Source of the DNA: an uncultured virus (IMG/VR IMGVR_UViG_3300029953_000003) | Taxonomy: Duplodnaviria > Heunggongvirae > Uroviricota > Caudoviricetes | Strand: one strand, 5' to 3' | Length of the DNA: 64,000 bases | Virus record (IMG/VR): IMGVR_UViG_3300029953_000003 | Shown: one piece after another, positions 30,101 through 37,912 of the stretch | How positions within the stretch are numbered: position 1 is the first letter of the stretch | Layout of the letters: the number at the start of each line of letters is the position of its first letter | Program-made: the position numbers and the translations under genes | Notes under the pieces: model-generated | Seen by the model: only the letters and a program-made list of their open reading frames with translations | What the model was told of the DNA's origin: nothing | Databases searched by the model: none

Positions 30101-33100
30101 ACGTCGGGCGGGTCTTTCTTGATCGTGAGCAGCTCCCCCTTCGCCTTCTCGATCTGCGGCAAGATCTTCTTTCCCGCGGCGCGGAGCGATTTGTTGACGA
30201 GCTTGGCGATCTCGTGCTGCTTTTTGATGTTCGCGATCTTCTCGCGGATGCGCTCCGGCGCGTTGGGATCGTCGCTCGAGATCGTGCGGTTCTTCTCGGC
30301 CTTGTCGGCAAGCGCGATCAGCCGCTCGCCTTCCTGCTGGGTCTGGAAGCTCTTGCTGTAGAGGTCGCGGTAGCGCTTGCGGTAGTTGATGTCCGCGGCG
30401 GTGCGCGACCCGCGCCCGGTGATGATGGGCTGCCCGAGCGGGATCATCTCCGCCATCTGCTTTGCCCGCGCGTGCATCCGACCTGCCTCGGTCGTCATGC
30501 GCTGGCCGATGTCGCGGAGGCGCTCGATTCGAGCGAGGCGCCGCTTCTCGTAGTCGGCGCGCCCCGCCTTCGGCTTTCCACCCGATTCGCTTTCGCTCTC
30601 GCTGGCTGCCTGGGCGTCATCTTCGTCGGCGATCTTCGTCGCCTCCGCGATGCCGACTGCGGCTTCGGCGTCGAGCTTCGCGATCTCCGCGTCCATGACG
30701 TCCGCTTCAGCGTCGAGCTGGGCTTCGGAGGCTTCCGTGGCACCTTCGCCGCCGACGACTTCGCTTGCGGCCTCTGCGATCAGAACCTTGCTCGGGACGA
30801 CGATGCCCCGATCTTCGGCCATGGCGCGTACGCCCTCCGCCTCGCGTGCTGCCGTGCGCGACCCGCTGTTCTTGGCGATTTCCAGCGCGACGAGCTCTTC
30901 GGCGACGTTGTCGTTGGTCACGCCAGCGACGGGCGCTTTTTCTGCGGGGTCCAGGGCCATGGTAGGAGTGCCGGGGGCCGTGATCTCGTCGTCGTTCAGC
31001 CCGAGCCACTCGAGCCCGACGCTGGCTTTGCTTCGGCCCTCGTCCATCACTTGCTGGGTACCCTGCTTGCCCATCGTGTCGCGATGGGCGCGGGCATAGA
31101 TGTCGCGCTCGGCCGCCTGGAGCGCGTAGTAGAGCGGGTCGTTGCTCGCGCGAGGGCTCTTCTCTTCCAGCTCCTTGACGGCGCGCTGGAGCTCCCACGC
31201 CATCGCTTCGCCCCAGTGGCCAGCGACGTAGCGCTTGAGCGATGGGTCGGTCGCTCCCGAGACGAGCACGGCGTGCGCGAGCTTGGCGATGGCCCGCGGG
31301 GTCGGGACATCGCAGGGCGGCGCCGGGTACTTGGGGCCGGGCTCTTCTTCGACCGGGAGCGCAGGGCGCCCGGTGGTCTGCTCGATCATCGCGCGCGCTG
31401 CCGCCTTTTGCTCCTCCGTGGGCCCGCTGCGGAGCGCTTGCTGAGTGGTCTCGAACGATGCGCGCGCCGTCTCGTAGGCGCGCATGTCGTCCGCCTGTGC
31501 CAGCGCTTCCTTGGAGTTGGGCAACTCGAGGAGCGCGCGTTTCCGCTGGAAGGGGATGGCGCTGTTGAGCTTGTTGAAGTCCTTGATCCAGCGAGCTTCC
31601 TCGAACGTGCGTGCCTTTTCGGCGCACGTGTGCGCGTCCACGAGCTTCGCGTGCGCCTCCTCGAGCCTCTCTTTTGCGACGCCCCTGGACTCGCTGGCGC
31701 GCGCCCTCTCGGTCGCCTCCAGGTCTTGCGAGGGCACGCGCTTGCCGATCTCGCTCGCTCCGATGCGTCCCCCGGTCGCCTTTCGCCACGCCGTGAACGC
31801 GCTGAGCTCGGCGACGACCTGGTCAGCCATGGCATCGTGGTAGGCCGCCTGCTCGATGGCGCCGCGGACATCTTTGAGGTTCCGCGTGGCGACGAGGATG
31901 AGCTCCGCCATGCGCTTGCGCAGCACGCGCGGGCCGTCGTCCCCCATCTCGTGGCGGCGGAGCGCCTCCTCGTGCGCAGGGGTGAGCTCGCGGTCGGCGA
32001 AAGCGGGATCGCTCGGGGGCTTCGCCTCCACAATCTCGTTTGCGACCTCTGCGATCACAGCAGGGCTGGGGACGAGGACGCCGGCGGATGTGGCTTCGGC
32101 GCGGATCTCGTCGGCCTGCGCGACAGCCGCCTCGCTGCCCGCAGTGGCGGCGATCTCGAGCTCGACCAGCTTTTCGGTGACCACGCTGGACGTGACCGGC
32201 GTGTCGACGGCGCTGGGCACGTATTCTCCAAGGGTGGTCCGGAACCCGCTCGTGCGCGGCGCAGTGGCGACGATCGACTCGCGGCCGATCGACACGGCGG
32301 GCGCGAGCGCCGCGACAGGCTCGATCGCCTTGCCGGTCTCGGCGTCTTTCTCGACATGCGTGACGTCAGAGAGCGCGGCGCGGAGCGCTTCGCGCTTGGA
32401 TCCGTAGGCGCCCTCGGAAACGTAGTCGCTGCTGCGATCCGCGTTCTGGCGGATCGCCCATTCCGTTCCAGCGTCCTGGATCTGGCTCATTTTTGCGTCG
32501 GGGAGGCTATCCCAGACGTCGTCGGTGACGGTGAACACGGAGCCTGGCCTCTGCTCGACCAGCGTGAGCTCGTAGCTCGATACGTCTTTCGGCGAGAGCT
32601 CGAACGGGTACTGGATGATCCCGTGCCGGAACCTCGGGTGCTGCTTGTCGCCGCCGGCGATGCGCCCCTTGGGCGTCGCTCCGTAGCCGGCCGGTCGGTT
32701 CTGGAGCCCGTAGATCCAGCGCGGCCCGGCGTAGGTGTCGTCGTAGACGATCTCAGGGTCTTGGTTTTGGATCGCCGCGACAGGAACCGCGACGGGTTCC
32801 GGCGGCTGTTGCGCGAAGCGCGGTTCGCGACCGATGTCTTTCATGTCCCTTTCGAAGCGGCGCTGCCAGTAGGGCGGGAGGTGCCTGGCTTGCTTCGCTG
32901 AAGAGACCCAGCTCCAGCCAGGCCCATCCTGGCCGGGCACGTGCGCGACGTAGAGAGCTGACTTGTTTTTGTCGTTCACGTAGCCGAGGGTCTTTCCTTC
33001 GGCCGGGATCTCGCCTTCTTCGACAGACGTGTCCTCGCCGCCCATCGGCGGGGCCGTGACGCCCAGAATCTCGTTGATGGGAGCGAGCGCGGCGTGGACG

Positions 33101-34434
33101 TCGCTGGGGTCGCCCATGAGGGTCTTCGCGGCGAGTCTGCGGAGCCGCATGACCGTGACCCGCGCCTCGCGCCAGTCTTTCGCCAGCGCGTCGACTTCTT
33201 GCCGGTACACGGAGCTGCGGAAGTCGCTCACGAACGCGTCGATGTCGACGTGGGGCGCCTCGTCAGATTTCTGAATGGCGTTGAACCCGTCGCCCATGAT
33301 CCGCTTCGCTTCGCGCCGGTCGTGCGGCACGTCTGACGCAAGCTTCTCGTTCGCGCCGCTCACGCACGTGGCGAGCTTGACGCACGCGGCGCGCATCTCC
33401 TCCGTCTCGCGCGCGACGCGCTCGGGGCGCTTGTCGCCACTCACGAACGCGCGGACCTTCTCGGCGATGCTCGCCTCCTGGTGCGAGGCCCATGGGGCTT
33501 CCGCGCGATCTTTGCGATCTTCCGCGATGTTCTGCTCGCGGATGGCGATCTGCGCGATGTCGTTGAGCTTCTTCTTCGCGCTTTCGCTGCCCTGGGCGGC
33601 CTCGAGCACGAGAGACATGTCGCCGCCCATCTTCCACGCGATCGCGCTGGCCTCGCGATGGGATCGAGGGTTGCCGACCAGGAAGCCGGTGGGCACGTGC
33701 ACGACGTGACCGTCGTTGGTGACGACGATTTCGTCGTAGCGGTCGTTCGGGACGAACGTGCCTTGCTGGTCGTAGTTCCCGATCTGGAACGTCTTGAGGG
33801 CTCCGTCGACGAATCCGTACACGGCGTGCTGCGGCAGCTTCGGAGCGGCCGCGAGGATTTCGGCACGCTTGCCGAGGACGTGCGCCATGAACGCCTTGCG
33901 CTGTTCGTCGTCCTCGAGAATTGCCTTCAGGATCGCCTCGTTCTGCGTCTCGCCTTCGCCGACGAGATCTCGGCCGAACACGTTGAAGTAGATCGTCCAT
34001 CGAGGCCCGCCACGATCGTCGGAGGATCTGCGCTTCTTTCGATCCTCGGCGTTGGTGACGCGTCCGTGCTCTTTGACCCACTCGCCGGCGAGCGTCGCTT
34101 CGTTGATCTTCGCGAGGCTCTTGCCGGTGGACGCGATGGCTCCGTCAGCGACCCCCGTCGACGCGGCGCGTGCGACCTCCGGCTGTTGCTGGCTCGCCTG
34201 GACCTCTTCCGCGGCTACCTCGTGCCGGGTGGCGTCGACAACGATAGCGAGCTCCTGGATGGCGGCGGCGTCGCCGGCGGCGGCTCGGAGGACGACCCCG
34301 GAGAGCTTGGCGAGGTGCTTGCCCAGCCGGGCAGCGGTCCGGCGCGAGAGCTTCTTGGCGACGACGTACCCCGTGGGGGCGTGGACGACGTCGTGGGGGC
34401 CGGCGGTGGCAGCGAGGACTTCGTTCTCGTTCAT
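21160..34434 (-). CDS. Giant (4424 aa) polyvalent protein with DarA-C-like, DUF3560-like and LPD25-like modules and internal repeats
   Basis: RWIYGLQNRPAGYGATPKG...RHGIIQYPFELSPKDVSSYEL (~32560-32722, DarA C-terminal-like); DYEKRRLARIER...IPLGQPII...ISSDDPNA (~30230-30560, DUF3560-like); NRIQILFGERVP...GWR and GFNWWKSTKTW (LPD25-like). Confidence 0.85.
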   Translation of the reverse strand: MNENEVLAATAGPHDVVHAPTGYVVAKKLSRRTAARLGKHLAKLSGVVLRAAAGDAAAIQELAIVVDATRHEVAAEEVQASQQQPEVARAASTGVADGAIASTGKSLAKINEATLAGEWVKEHGRVTNAEDRKKRRSSDDRGGPRWTIYFNVFGRDLVGEGETQNEAILKAILEDDEQRKAFMAHVLGKRAEILAAAPKLPQHAVYGFVDGALKTFQIGNYDQQGTFVPNDRYDEIVVTNDGHVVHVPTGFLVGNPRSHREASAIAWKMGGDMSLVLEAAQGSESAKKKLNDIAQIAIREQNIAEDRKDRAEAPWASHQEASIAEKVRAFVSGDKRPERVARETEEMRAACVKLATCVSGANEKLASDVPHDRREAKRIMGDGFNAIQKSDEAPHVDIDAFVSDFRSSVYRQEVDALAKDWREARVTVMRLRRLAAKTLMGDPSDVHAALAPINEILGVTAPPMGGEDTSVEEGEIPAEGKTLGYVNDKNKSALYVAHVPGQDGPGWSWVSSAKQARHLPPYWQRRFERDMKDIGREPRFAQQPPEPVAVPVAAIQNQDPEIVYDDTYAGPRWIYGLQNRPAGYGATPKGRIAGGDKQHPRFRHGIIQYPFELSPKDVSSYELTLVEQRPGSVFTVTDDVWDSLPDAKMSQIQDAGTEWAIRQNADRSSDYVSEGAYGSKREALRAALSDVTHVEKDAETGKAIEPVAALAPAVSIGRESIVATAPRTSGFRTTLGEYVPSAVDTPVTSSVVTEKLVELEIAATAGSEAAVAQADEIRAEATSAGVLVPSPAVIAEVANEIVEAKPPSDPAFADRELTPAHEEALRRHEMGDDGPRVLRKRMAELILVATRNLKDVRGAIEQAAYHDAMADQVVAELSAFTAWRKATGGRIGASEIGKRVPSQDLEATERARASESRGVAKERLEEAHAKLVDAHTCAEKARTFEEARWIKDFNKLNSAIPFQRKRALLELPNSKEALAQADDMRAYETARASFETTQQALRSGPTEEQKAAARAMIEQTTGRPALPVEEEPGPKYPAPPCDVPTPRAIAKLAHAVLVSGATDPSLKRYVAGHWGEAMAWELQRAVKELEEKSPRASNDPLYYALQAAERDIYARAHRDTMGKQGTQQVMDEGRSKASVGLEWLGLNDDEITAPGTPTMALDPAEKAPVAGVTNDNVAEELVALEIAKNSGSRTAAREAEGVRAMAEDRGIVVPSKVLIAEAASEVVGGEGATEASEAQLDAEADVMDAEIAKLDAEAAVGIAEATKIADEDDAQAASESESESGGKPKAGRADYEKRRLARIERLRDIGQRMTTEAGRMHARAKQMAEMIPLGQPIITGRGSRTAADINYRKRYRDLYSKSFQTQQEGERLIALADKAEKNRTISSDDPNAPERIREKIANIKKQHEIAKLVNKSLRAAGKKILPQIEKAKGELLTIKKDPPDVEALSVKAKTDYGGDLYKKAQELRDKHLAKMAPKIDAKHAEIDALRRAWATEAATHEADAFSALGLPDRDQLVRILLKGTEPDFAGRYGIPSFSLTSSTAEIRRLEKRLEDIASREIAAGVGPETLGNVEVREEDNRIQILFGERVPREIFEKMRSQGWRATPSLGDGAFTRMASPGIRDAARRIVQEIQGAADRTEQEIATYAASGYPGTLVRAGAIQRGIRVAGPWKKMERIGPFSGVFSPVQYTTTTKGKTHMRLEDDRILDLGENELMVADVQAAQKVTSPVVREEAVAVAVCPRCLDIEPGTPGGNPEEPHPGPFTENLCAACVTASAPMKQEVTEKLIELEVAKEAAETPEETKAIVAEADLVRATAEVAKLAPPSVAAIEEAAHEVERASVRGGLKQQVTEQLVVMEVARSTAKTPDQERAITAEMQEVREQAEEAKLAPPSHAAIEEAAREISSAGIVDHRMADEATGSNDKPREKRKGVGCYYNGKSCDMAYVEDPKKRFKIAAMRIVDNGAEGYVTDNDKIYFVGKNSRTSKLLSGEARDAALKTIEAIESGVVAKPAAPKDLRIYHLRKPSTSATGEPMAPGFWISDGGGLINFAGPFESAEDAEAKAAQEGWTVTRHEIQRIAMVPGETFRVIAQLPLWVKPTELLVRAPSADKLREMRQGDVLAYLNDGIWRLAAEGHPAAHADDMTAIERMPIAADLSKPEEPSPKRAGGADLAGLSLEAAALRKTAKDLAKKVTNGGLHRHATPKDLKSVAAALLEAADLCAHGTPAEVAGAFKRAQDLNTAIQPGTSPLYHRLGLLILQAQRLPESAGSSVPGAPAMAPAIAAEGVAQALVELKVEEMKAKAEGDAAGARKAADEAKSVRADALTLGVEAPAAADVAEVAKSNVQTHAEILARGMGQENAERLASLLRSGKEVEVRADDNVFAIVPRAFAGIFSQFAPRPHGMARVPKMPGWRTMSRDDLVDWLLMCSLVEPARSNAGAAEGSEANIVSGGVQGHGPGAGGAQPPSVTPVSHDAVATIGHLVDLHVAHDAGSATASSEIAEARAEADAKGIALPTKAEIQALARTKAESLRKAYVAEESKAKAKAEPTGDLASSIAPGMYVSDDVTGAKMRLPRGPVFPHKCVGDAMCHDISHKRIHTLAKHLAHIAGVATTPAQAESETLIGLLAELAEARRDAAGRLREAQSLEGKAQRAREHVLKQAEHATTKDKRAVARAAAIETSAMPEAAKEEAIAAIVAEKVAEIAQIDPETYHNATVGAEEAIVATHAAEAAIAHVKRLEAEVQSEQDAIEANLNKLRGKLVEKQREQHDKRKKSLREKIAETIKDTIDDVRRAKEEVPSKKDDLTESKQRLVGKESDLESASRQVAKIASKQNKEQLERAKNAYDNARKHVANCERWLSEAVASGPAAKKKLDRALEARRILGTPEAEAYLKRIDEISEACDRSILRGDADEDSRARPISREEAKVWNDTEDPIEMLLFLAKHVHGDVPEGQLGLGLFDARPARATPPAAVATSVQAGALNPAGEIKEAIAQQALKAVALGAPESAIHEAEVKIANIEASERSAQPLNASTFEGVAVPIGWRVWESDGRVNVQLPGRPLDNSPEAAFSDYLNHHGFNWWKSTKTWSRRTGAPTQDAAAHALRAYWKATGGEPGASEHAAQTVTANATSGTPLTQAQAAQRLMATFKALGAGVTLREPSAGRREWEVEAYTSNVTGHLKTETSIDLGRFAIKIAGGAGTSAVRADLREQKTLARDLLDRAMNGIHVLSSDEEKTGAQGTPEAATVAPMLARTSTKSAIEALPAGTVLAPKVAAERIHKALRGVYSSEEVVENKPGLNKSKEPVYYVEITTHGTRYKKPFEESVGRVIVRHAGGVGLDAVAFGAFKLHGPQARMAVERAMAGVTVMPNNESALVTAPSARSESAPAVVATNVTEKLISLALAEQSGSREAAVEANTIRDMAESRGAVVPSRAMIVDAAQEMASLSRPEATTMTFPRGARVYLDGKDGVPVYVIGAFPKGTTSYSFPHYVILVDGKKLPDGSFDKYAGERTVVAMNRIGAKLATGASTPTRLEQAVASVGAHPMVLCVARALGEAHESLELDEVYAACKREAGMIEGLPKTWTKSDVGRALASMVPHYAQQDTDHRWRAKSADFPDESAGRPDVLLDWKESPGSDIQAPLSGAGPYMISHRKNEHNVSYRPIGEHHHVGTYTTPEAAKQGAEEHAKKLPAGLLAKQTEALAEDAKDLAQQIQNRREADSKNESTVPPTHSNLVVHAVKALLSKRSMPYSKTAHQGVTHKGERTHWHDALERFIEMNTGGAGAVTYPEDYKPVAIAIVPRDMFARVRGALETVYQGKVGLITREAVSKLAPEAIKAIPIVKHDAGTAVGPDANRIASFKASLQSGARAITFRRFADRIATRGQEHGGQIVELHPGGFPFFAADADDMLQSAEMLGWIKRVGKRDMNTSQAAFNGLQYSKSSVPDSPSFFNFQMGPDAAGFRAYLAAAPPPGMPKEPPATPVSAIPHSKTHREMTEVSAYDGSHAAKDLLANHVPQRQVHYLQASDKGEAEATAWAGEWMEAFPPKGEAARVTIIRRTKSGDSRTVVRVIAVKKDNGWIWHVEGDAPKETKTSEKPTRERLQVIERFREEPEALDATKLIKPEAVRHTNLVEPKVWYFKKNKMWLVETHHASEQGAVATGEKLYRSLYGKSVLASQDPHLCDMALLVTYRGGVVEVKSSKAQKQDRYKTVEKPADLGENEAILKTPNGPKRVRVLARRADILVHESLGENHAPNQAFTVSYEPVGLAIGRFATQKLAEARAELLAHPNMHALLERAVKGDDAAGKKLVAHLAKAEAPFFTPAEWKDFIRFILPLLSEQTGAQWKVSVEKRHARNTTSGREVAYEAKLHADDKQGILDIISTREEVAGSDPRYGVSIAITAKTSVVFNESADLESLDSARIWFTQRKLPRI
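27040..27102 (-). repeat. Dispersed palindromic element, in frame in the 4424-aa gene
   Basis: Reverse complement reads gcgaacatcgtgagcggtggggtccagggccatggccctggcgcagggggcgcgcagccccc. Confidence 0.8.
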
Positions 34435-34508
34435 AGGGGTAGTGGCGTGGACGGTACCACGTTCGTCGTTGACGTTGGGCGACAGACCGCAGGGCTGGTG
34501 GGTCTTCT

Positions 34509-34570
34509 GCGAACCTCGTGAGCTGCGGGGTTCAGGACCCAGGCGGGGCGCATGGGCGGAGCCCCTGCGC
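34509..34570 (+). repeat. Dispersed palindromic element, intergenic degenerate copy
   Basis: gcgaacctcgtgagctgcggggttcaggacccaggcggggcgcatgggcggagcccctgcgc. Confidence 0.75.
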
Positions 34571-34575
34571 GTTCT

Positions 34576-35127
34576 TCACTTGCGCGAGGTACGCGCGGGT
34601 TTCTGCGGCGCCTTGGCGGCGGCGATCCATGCGTCCGCGCAGACTCGGACGCTGTCCAGGCTTGCAGCGATCGCAAGCGCGGTAGCGGCAAAAGCGCGCG
34701 GCGGCATTGCGAGAAGTCCATCGAGCGTCGGGGAAGAGATCCTGGCGGTCGTGATCAGCCACTCCAGGGGGTAGCTGGCGTGCCTGGCGTAGGCGCTGGA
34801 GTCGAGCCACGCCGCGCGCTTGGAGAGGCGCAGCATCGCAGAATCGCCCCGCCATAGCTCGTCACACGCCCTGATCTCGCGAGCGAGTGACGCCTCGACG
34901 CTGGTGAGAATGCGCTTCGTCTCTTTGCGGAATACGAGGAGGTAGACGCGGATCGTCTCGAGGCGTGCCGGCTCGTTGAGCGGGAGGAGGCCGTTGAGGC
35001 TCCCGCCGTACTCGTCCTTGGATGGGACTCGGTGAAGAGCGTCGACCCACTGGGCGGCGTCGATGCGCGCGGCGCGCTCGATCTTTTGTACGTCGACGTC
35101 GGGCGCGATGGCTTTTGCGGATGGCAT
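34576..35127 (-). CDS. Hypothetical protein
   Basis: 183-aa helical ORF. Confidence 0.6.
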   Translation of the reverse strand: MPSAKAIAPDVDVQKIERAARIDAAQWVDALHRVPSKDEYGGSLNGLLPLNEPARLETIRVYLLVFRKETKRILTSVEASLAREIRACDELWRGDSAMLRLSKRAAWLDSSAYARHASYPLEWLITTARISSPTLDGLLAMPPRAFAATALAIAASLDSVRVCADAWIAAAKAPQKPARTSRK

Positions 35128-35182
35128 GGCGTGCGAAAGGTATCACGCATCGCACCCCCGACGCACGCGCGAGGCGTGAGGT

Positions 35183-35614
35183 CTACCCGACGTATCCGAC
35201 CCCGGTGAGCTCGACGAGCTCGTGGATGAGGGTGGTGCCGAGGCACGATTCGCGGTCGTGAGTGACGCCGGGCCGCAGCGTCGCAACGAAGGTTCGGCAT
35301 CCGAAACACCGGGTGGCTTCAGCCTCGATCGTGTCAACGAGCCATTGCCCGCGCTCTGCGTCGCTTGGCGGTGCCAGGATGCGCCGTACGTCGAGGTGAA
35401 GAGCTCGTTGGTCGCAGACGTCGCCGTCTCGGAGCACCGAGAGCTGGTAGATCGATCGCATTGACGGCGGCACGTCGGGCGGAAAGGCGGCCGTTCGCTC
35501 TCCGCCTGGCGCAAGGTGCGCGCATACGGTGGCCTGAAAGACACGACCGTTGCGCCAGTCACGCACGGTGACGCGGTGTCCAGGCCGCAGCCTGGTGCAT
35601 GAAGGTCCGATCAT
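35183..35614 (-). CDS. Hypothetical protein
   Basis: ATGA overlap chain; C-terminal CxxC...HxxxC. Confidence 0.55.
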   Translation of the reverse strand: MIGPSCTRLRPGHRVTVRDWRNGRVFQATVCAHLAPGGERTAAFPPDVPPSMRSIYQLSVLRDGDVCDQRALHLDVRRILAPPSDAERGQWLVDTIEAEATRCFGCRTFVATLRPGVTHDRESCLGTTLIHELVELTGVGYVG

Positions 35615-35865
35615 GCGAAGATCGTCTCTCGGGCTTCGAAGAAGTGGGCATGGAAGAGGATCTCGGGCCTTGTCTTGGCTCCATTACAGAAGGAGACGTA
35701 CCTGCGGTCGATGCACTTTTGGTGCTGGCACCAGCCCTTTGAAGATCCGTCTCCGTCGGTGCGGTTCAATCCTCCGCAGAGAGGACAGCACCAGCGCTCG
35801 GTTACCTCTTCAGCGCAGAGGATTGCGGCCGTTGGGCGAATCTCATGGCGCATCGGGTCTTTCAC
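35611..35865 (-). CDS. Small zinc-ribbon-like protein
   Basis: WCCPLCGGLN...CQHQKC. Confidence 0.55.
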   Translation of the reverse strand: MKDPMRHEIRPTAAILCAEEVTERWCCPLCGGLNRTDGDGSSKGWCQHQKCIDRRYVSFCNGAKTRPEILFHAHFFEARETIFA

Positions 35866-35881
35866 GAATTGACTCGCATGC

Positions 35882-36334
35882 TCATCGTGCCGGAATCGGG
35901 ACGCGATCCATGACGACCGTTCCTTCTTCGTTGGTTCGCGACACCTTCATTTTGCTGTCCTCGACTGCGAGCGAGAACCCCTCGGGCATCAGGTCGAGAA
36001 GCGAGCGGATCTGCTTGCACCAGCGGAGCTCGGCGCTGATGCGCAGCTTGGCGAGCTCGTTGTCCTTTTCGATCGCGGTCACGGATTCGGATGTCCTTTC
36101 GGGTAAAGGCGCAAGCTCTGATCGAATTGCCTCTCGAGCTTGCTGGATCAGCGAGAAGGCAACGCTGAGTTCGTGGACATTTGTCCACGTCGCGTCTGCG
36201 ATGGAGCCGTCCGCGGTCTCGCTGTTCTCGGATTCGTCGAGAGCGGCGCGCAGGCCGTCGAGTGCCTCTGCGTCGATTGGGCTCGCGTAAAGCTGCTCGA
36301 TGCAGGCGCGGGCGCGGGCGCGCTGGCTGTTCAC
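35882..36334 (-). CDS. Hypothetical protein
   Basis: 150 aa; start overlaps the upstream stop. Confidence 0.6.
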   Translation of the reverse strand: MNSQRARARACIEQLYASPIDAEALDGLRAALDESENSETADGSIADATWTNVHELSVAFSLIQQAREAIRSELAPLPERTSESVTAIEKDNELAKLRISAELRWCKQIRSLLDLMPEGFSLAVEDSKMKVSRTNEEGTVVMDRVPIPAR

Positions 36335-36513
36335 GGGAACCCCGCATCATGGAGGCTGGCCAGCGGCACGCCGTCGCCGTCGGTGCACGCGTAGCGCAGA
36401 TCGGTCGTCGTCGCGTCGCAGGGGACCACCGTGGCCTGGTACACGGCAGGGAGGAGCGCGCAGCCGGCGAGGCTGACGAGAGCGAAGATGAACGTGGCTC
36501 GAACCGCGCTCAT
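36331..36513 (-). CDS. Small lipoprotein
   Basis: MSAVRATFIFALVSLAGC lipobox; overlaps its neighbours on both sides. Confidence 0.6.
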   Translation of the reverse strand: MSAVRATFIFALVSLAGCALLPAVYQATVVPCDATTTDLRYACTDGDGVPLASLHDAGFP

Positions 36514-36974
36514 TTGAGTCCTCGGATCCAGTTGACGATGAGCTGCTTTTGCGAGGTTTCGTGGTCTCCGCCGGAGATCTCTTCGATTTTTTCGAGAATG
36601 CGCTCACGCTCTTCACGACGGATCTCGACTTCGCTTTTGGTCGCGACTTCGTCGTTCTTGAACCCGGGCAGGAACTGAACGCCGGTCGTCGGAACGACGG
36701 CCGGCCGCCAGGTCATCCCGCAGCCTTGGCAGGAGTGCTTCGTGTGGATTTTTTTGCTCCAGTCGGTCCCGTCATTCGCGAGCTGGTCGACGTGACGCTT
36801 CCCGCACTCGGGACACCAGAGCAGCATCGGGATCGGGGCGGCGTCGGCGCGTAGCCGGCGCGAGATCTGCTGGATCAAAAAGGGTGGAAGGAGCTTGCTT
36901 CCGACGGCCCTCGCGATGGCGTCCAGCTCGTCAGCAAGATCGACAGCGGGACTTCCGGTTTCCTTTTTGCTCAT
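36510..36974 (-). CDS. Zinc-ribbon phage-type protein
   Basis: WCPECGKRHVD...HTKHSCQGCG. Confidence 0.6.
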   Translation of the reverse strand: MSKKETGSPAVDLADELDAIARAVGSKLLPPFLIQQISRRLRADAAPIPMLLWCPECGKRHVDQLANDGTDWSKKIHTKHSCQGCGMTWRPAVVPTTGVQFLPGFKNDEVATKSEVEIRREERERILEKIEEISGGDHETSQKQLIVNWIRGLK

Positions 36975-37005
36975 GAGGCGAGCCTGCTCTGATTGTCGCG
37001 CCACG

Positions 37006-37383
37006 TCAAGCGTCGCGCTTGATGTTTGCGCTTGCAGATCCTGGCTCTGGCTTGGTCGCGAGGTTTGCCACCAGGTCTTCGACCACCTTCCCGGCGGCCT
37101 TTTCAGCTTGTGCGAGCGCATCGCCGAGCCGACCGAAAGGTCCGTCCCTCAGCGCGCTCACGCCCATGACGCCGCCGCTTTCGGGTAGGTACCCGTCCTT
37201 GTTGGGCGTGCTCATGGCTTTGAGCTTCAGCATGTAGGCGGCATGCGCATCAAACGAGAGCCGCTTCAGGCAACTCCATGTCCGGATCGCGGAAAGAATC
37301 TCGTATTCTTGTGCGGTCGGTGGCGGTGGCGACGGCAGTGAATCTGAGTTTTCTTGCGCTGTGGCGTCGGAAGGCTCGTTCAT
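37006..37383 (-). CDS. Hypothetical protein
   Basis: 125-aa ORF. Confidence 0.5.
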   Translation of the reverse strand: MNEPSDATAQENSDSLPSPPPPTAQEYEILSAIRTWSCLKRLSFDAHAAYMLKLKAMSTPNKDGYLPESGGVMGVSALRDGPFGRLGDALAQAEKAAGKVVEDLVANLATKPEPGSASANIKRDA

Positions 37384-37451
37384 GACTGTGGAAATGCGTC
37401 GGACGCCTCAAGCCGCGGGTCGGCTTGACGGATGAAGCGATCGGGGATCGC

Positions 37452-37829
37452 TCATGGAGCCGCGGGAGACGTCGCGGTCGGCGAAGTTGCGGATTTGGTT
37501 ACCGGAAACAGCGCTTCGGCGACGCCCTGGAGGATTGCGGGGAGGCCAGAGAGTCCGGCGGCGATGGCCGGATCCCAGGCGGCCCCCTGGGCCTTGGCGG
37601 TGAGGGTGGCGGCGACGGCGCCCAGAAGCCCCGCGAGTACGCTCTTGTAGGGATCGGGAACGCGGAGCCTCTGGGGCCAGGTCCCGTCCGTGAGCATTCT
37701 GCGAATGGCCAGGGAAAGGGTCGCGCCCAGCGTGATCGCTTCTGCGCTCACGTCGGGCGAGACGGCGCATCCGGAAAGGAGGATCACGAAGAGGAGGCCG
37801 AGGAGCAGCAGGCTGCGCGGAATGAGCAT
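37452..37829 (-). CDS. Small multi-TM membrane protein (holin-like candidate) with lipobox-like LSGC
   Basis: Three to four hydrophobic segments; TAGCAT lies 6 nt upstream of the ATG. Confidence 0.55.
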   Translation of the reverse strand: MLIPRSLLLLGLLFVILLSGCAVSPDVSAEAITLGATLSLAIRRMLTDGTWPQRLRVPDPYKSVLAGLLGAVAATLTAKAQGAAWDPAIAAGLSGLPAILQGVAEALFPVTKSATSPTATSPAAP

Positions 37830-37912
37830 CTCGGGATGCTACAGGCTCTGCGGCGAGCGCGCTAGAGGGACGCGGCTTCCAGAATGGGCCTTGCTCGCGT
37901 ACCATGTGGGCC

